This document shows positions 59,961-64,000 of a stretch of 64,000 bases of DNA, in pieces. The DNA is from Chloroflexota bacterium (GTDB lineage Bacteria > Chloroflexota > Dehalococcoidia > UBA2247 > JAXHVC01). The translations under genes and the position numbers were made by a program. Position 1 is the first letter of the stretch, and each line of letters begins with the position of its first letter. The notes under the pieces are model-generated. The model searched no databases. It was not told the origin of the DNA and saw nothing but the letters and a program-made list of their open reading frames with translations. The stretch is from contig JAXHVC010000144.1 in NCBI GenBank assembly GCA_034189315.1, forward strand, positions 1,026 through 65,025. The letters are read 5' to 3'.

Positions 59961-61004
59961 CTACCCATACAAATTCCCTTCCATCTCTTTTTCCCCTCTA
60001 TTCGGAACGTCTTGCCTACGGCGGACCATGTCGAGGAAAGCTTCGATCTTCGTTTGCAATTGCTGACTTAATATATAATCGTTATTGCCCTCCAAAGTCA
60101 AGACCGGTAGATGGATGGAGTTACGGAAGACGATATCAGCGATTCCTCGATGACAGAATGCTTGTATGTAGTGTATTACACCGGTTACTTGACGCCGATC
60201 TAGCTCTGGTAGGATGTCGTTGAGCCGATCCGAGATAGAATAGGGGTAGGTATAATTGGTGTATTGTTGTGATAGCGAGTCTCCTGGCTCTGGCATGGCG
60301 AATTGCCGTTGTACTTCGTTGAATACCACCCGTGCGCCGTCTCTTTCAATGCAGTTATAGAGATCATAGGCGAATAGGGGGGGGACACCTATGAATGCAA
60401 GTCGGAGCGTATCTTCCGAATATGGTTGGCGATTCTGACATTCCTGTAGCAGATGACGGAGGTTTTTCTCATAGGTGGTATAGTCTGAGTTGAAATCTGA
60501 GCAAGACACTAACCATCGGTGGTTTTCCCAACCGGAGATCACTCCTTTTCTCCAGGTGAGCTCATCGAGCTGCCTAGTAAGCTCTCGACATTTATTTAGC
60601 TCTTCCTTTAAGCTCTCCGCTTCCTCCAACTTAGTTCCCAGAGACTCTGCCAGGGATTCAAGGCAATACCTCATACGAAATTGATTTGGTATATCCGGGT
60701 AAGCAAATGAAATAGTCTCAACTCCCTTTAGTCGAAGTACTTCCATGAGCATAATGGTATTGGAGCAATCTCCAGTGGTAACGCAGATTACAGGATTGAT
60801 TTCATAGATACGACATGCGCCGTAGATACCTTTAATCCACGTGCAGCAGTTTTGGGGAAATCCATCCTGTTCTGCGATTCTAACCAGTCGTTCGGGTGCA
60901 GGATCTCTAATGAACAGATTATTGAGGTCGACAGGACTATATCCTGCTGCCAGCGGAATCTCAATCGGAACGGTTGTAGTTATGCCTAGGTTCTTATTAG
61001 TCAC
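59961..61004 (-). CDS. 2-hydroxyacyl-CoA dehydratase-family protein (HgdB/BcrB/double-cubane-cluster-protein-like), orphan
   Basis: CoA-substrate-specific enzyme activase/dehydratase-family fold with conserved Cys (CCTW, CVTTGDC). No partner subunit or activator is adjacent. Confidence 0.45.
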   Translation of the reverse strand: MTNKNLGITTTVPIEIPLAAGYSPVDLNNLFIRDPAPERLVRIAEQDGFPQNCCTWIKGIYGACRIYEINPVICVTTGDCSNTIMLMEVLRLKGVETISFAYPDIPNQFRMRYCLESLAESLGTKLEEAESLKEELNKCRELTRQLDELTWRKGVISGWENHRWLVSCSDFNSDYTTYEKNLRHLLQECQNRQPYSEDTLRLAFIGVPPLFAYDLYNCIERDGARVVFNEVQRQFAMPEPGDSLSQQYTNYTYPYSISDRLNDILPELDRRQVTGVIHYIQAFCHRGIADIVFRNSIHLPVLTLEGNNDYILSQQLQTKIEAFLDMVRRRQDVPNRGEKEMEGNLYG

Positions 61005-61029
61005 GATTTGCGTTGTCTTGGTACTTCTC

Positions 61030-62067
61030 TTAGCTTAGTCTCATATTATCTGAGTCACAAGCCCGGAGTAGCATCACATCATCCTTCTCGTCCTTTTCCA
61101 TATCTCCTCGTATTAGGAGGAGGACAATATGTGCCATAGTCTCTCCCAGGGCCAGCCACCTATCAAAGGTGCTTAGATCCTTGAAGGATACTATCTTGTT
61201 ATTATCTGTTTCTATTACCCAAGGAATGGACGATGCAATTTCATACCCTGTTTTCATTTCGCCCTGACTGGCATCCAGAATGTCCTGAAGCCTTTGATCG
61301 TGATGAGCGAATAGCTCGTCGACCCTGAGGGGTAAGTTGTTAAAGATGTACTCATGTGCAGGGAAAATGTGATCTACTTCGAGTTTCTTCAATTGATCCA
61401 ATGAAGCAAGGTAATCACCCAGAGGATTCTCTCCCGAGTGTGGGTGGTATCCAATATTAGATGTGATAGTTGGTAATACATGATCACCTGATAGCAGTAT
61501 ATTCTTACTGCGCTCGTAGAGGCATATATGTCCAGGAGAATGCCCTGGTGTCCATATCACCTCGAAGTTGAACAATCCTGTTGAAACGCTCATACCCCCC
61601 TCTAATACTGTATCTGGTACAGCTGCTGGAGGAAAGGCGTCTCTTGTTTGAGGGAAAGCCTTGCCTAGTCGCTCCAGGTCTTCGTTGGGCATTCCAGTGC
61701 TTCTAAGATGCTGCAGCATTCGCATTAATTGAGAGGCGCCATCTTTTGTCTGGCCAAAGCGGAACTCTACGAATTCCCGCTCTTTTTGATGCATGGCAAG
61801 ATGGGCCCCTGACAGCTCCTTGATCTTTGCTGCGAGGCCGTAGTGATCAGGATGGATGTGGGTGATTATGATTTGAGAGATATCTCCAAATCCTACCCCG
61901 ATTGTTCCCAGCTGGTCTTCTATTGACTGAAGCGACTTGGAGGAGTTCCATCCAGTGTCGACTAATAGCCAACCTGCTGCTCCCCGTACTAAATAGGCAT
62001 TTATATATCCTAGTGGGTTATTTGGAATAGGCGATTTGATCTGGTGTATACCTGGGAAAACCTCCAT
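61030..62067 (-). CDS. MBL-fold metallo-hydrolase
   Basis: HIHPDHYG (HxHxDH) motif. 345 aa. Confidence 0.65.
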   Translation of the reverse strand: MEVFPGIHQIKSPIPNNPLGYINAYLVRGAAGWLLVDTGWNSSKSLQSIEDQLGTIGVGFGDISQIIITHIHPDHYGLAAKIKELSGAHLAMHQKEREFVEFRFGQTKDGASQLMRMLQHLRSTGMPNEDLERLGKAFPQTRDAFPPAAVPDTVLEGGMSVSTGLFNFEVIWTPGHSPGHICLYERSKNILLSGDHVLPTITSNIGYHPHSGENPLGDYLASLDQLKKLEVDHIFPAHEYIFNNLPLRVDELFAHHDQRLQDILDASQGEMKTGYEIASSIPWVIETDNNKIVSFKDLSTFDRWLALGETMAHIVLLLIRGDMEKDEKDDVMLLRACDSDNMRLS

Positions 62068-62288
62068 CCGTACCTCCTAATAAACATCCAAGCCAAGATG
62101 TCCCCTTTACTCAATGTCCCCCACACAGATGGTACATGACTGTTGCTTTTAACTACTGCGATGTTTCTATCAGACTGTTATGCGGTGTGTCTGGGGAAAA
62201 GACGGAGTTCACCTAGGGCTGGAGCCTTTTGTTTTCGATTATCTAACCATAATCTCTGTCTAAAACAAATCCGATACTTCTACAGAGG

Positions 62289-64000
<1,712 letters not shown>

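Overview
This window looks bacterial. Genes have Shine-Dalgarno sites (AGGAGG/AAGGAGG), there is a consensus sigma70 promoter, and hairpin plus T-run intrinsic terminators are present. CobU, a type I GapA, a fused GuaA and Alr are bacterial-type genes. GC content is about 45%. Several archaeal-flavoured genes (ApgM, a DRG/COG1163 GTPase, a DUF5679-like zinc ribbon) point loosely to a Chloroflexota-like (Dehalococcoidia-type) lineage, but that is a guess. Coding density is high and most ORFs are housekeeping or metabolic.

The main features are these. (1) Corrinoid genes sit in three places. Two tandem cobalamin riboswitches (about 5984-6468) precede btuF-btuC-btuD-cbiB-cobO-cbiA-cobD. A second isolated cobO paralog lies at 17882. 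A cobT-cobS-cobC-cobU operon at 24310-30476 is extended by a Tdh-like Zn-ADH, a TrpD-like phosphoribosyltransferase and a TPMT-like methyltransferase. (2) A roughly 200-bp MITE with 16-17 bp terminal inverted repeats (GAGACTRTGTCRCAATT) occurs in at least five intergenic copies. (3) Two giant surface proteins are present. One is a membrane-anchored glycoside-hydrolase-like protein with the same ~150-aa module at both termini. The other is an SBBP beta-propeller plus 7x Listeria-Bacteroides-repeat protein broken by one in-frame TGA. (4) An aldehyde:ferredoxin oxidoreductase is broken by one in-frame TAA. (5) A zur-znuA-COG0523-znuC-znuB zinc-uptake operon is present. (6) Other genes include an enoate-reductase/acyl-CoA dehydrogenase/acyl-CoA ligase cluster, an orphan LuxI-like N-acyl synthase, glycolytic genes (apgM, gap, eno), guaA, htpX and alr.

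No rRNA, tRNA or CRISPR array was found.
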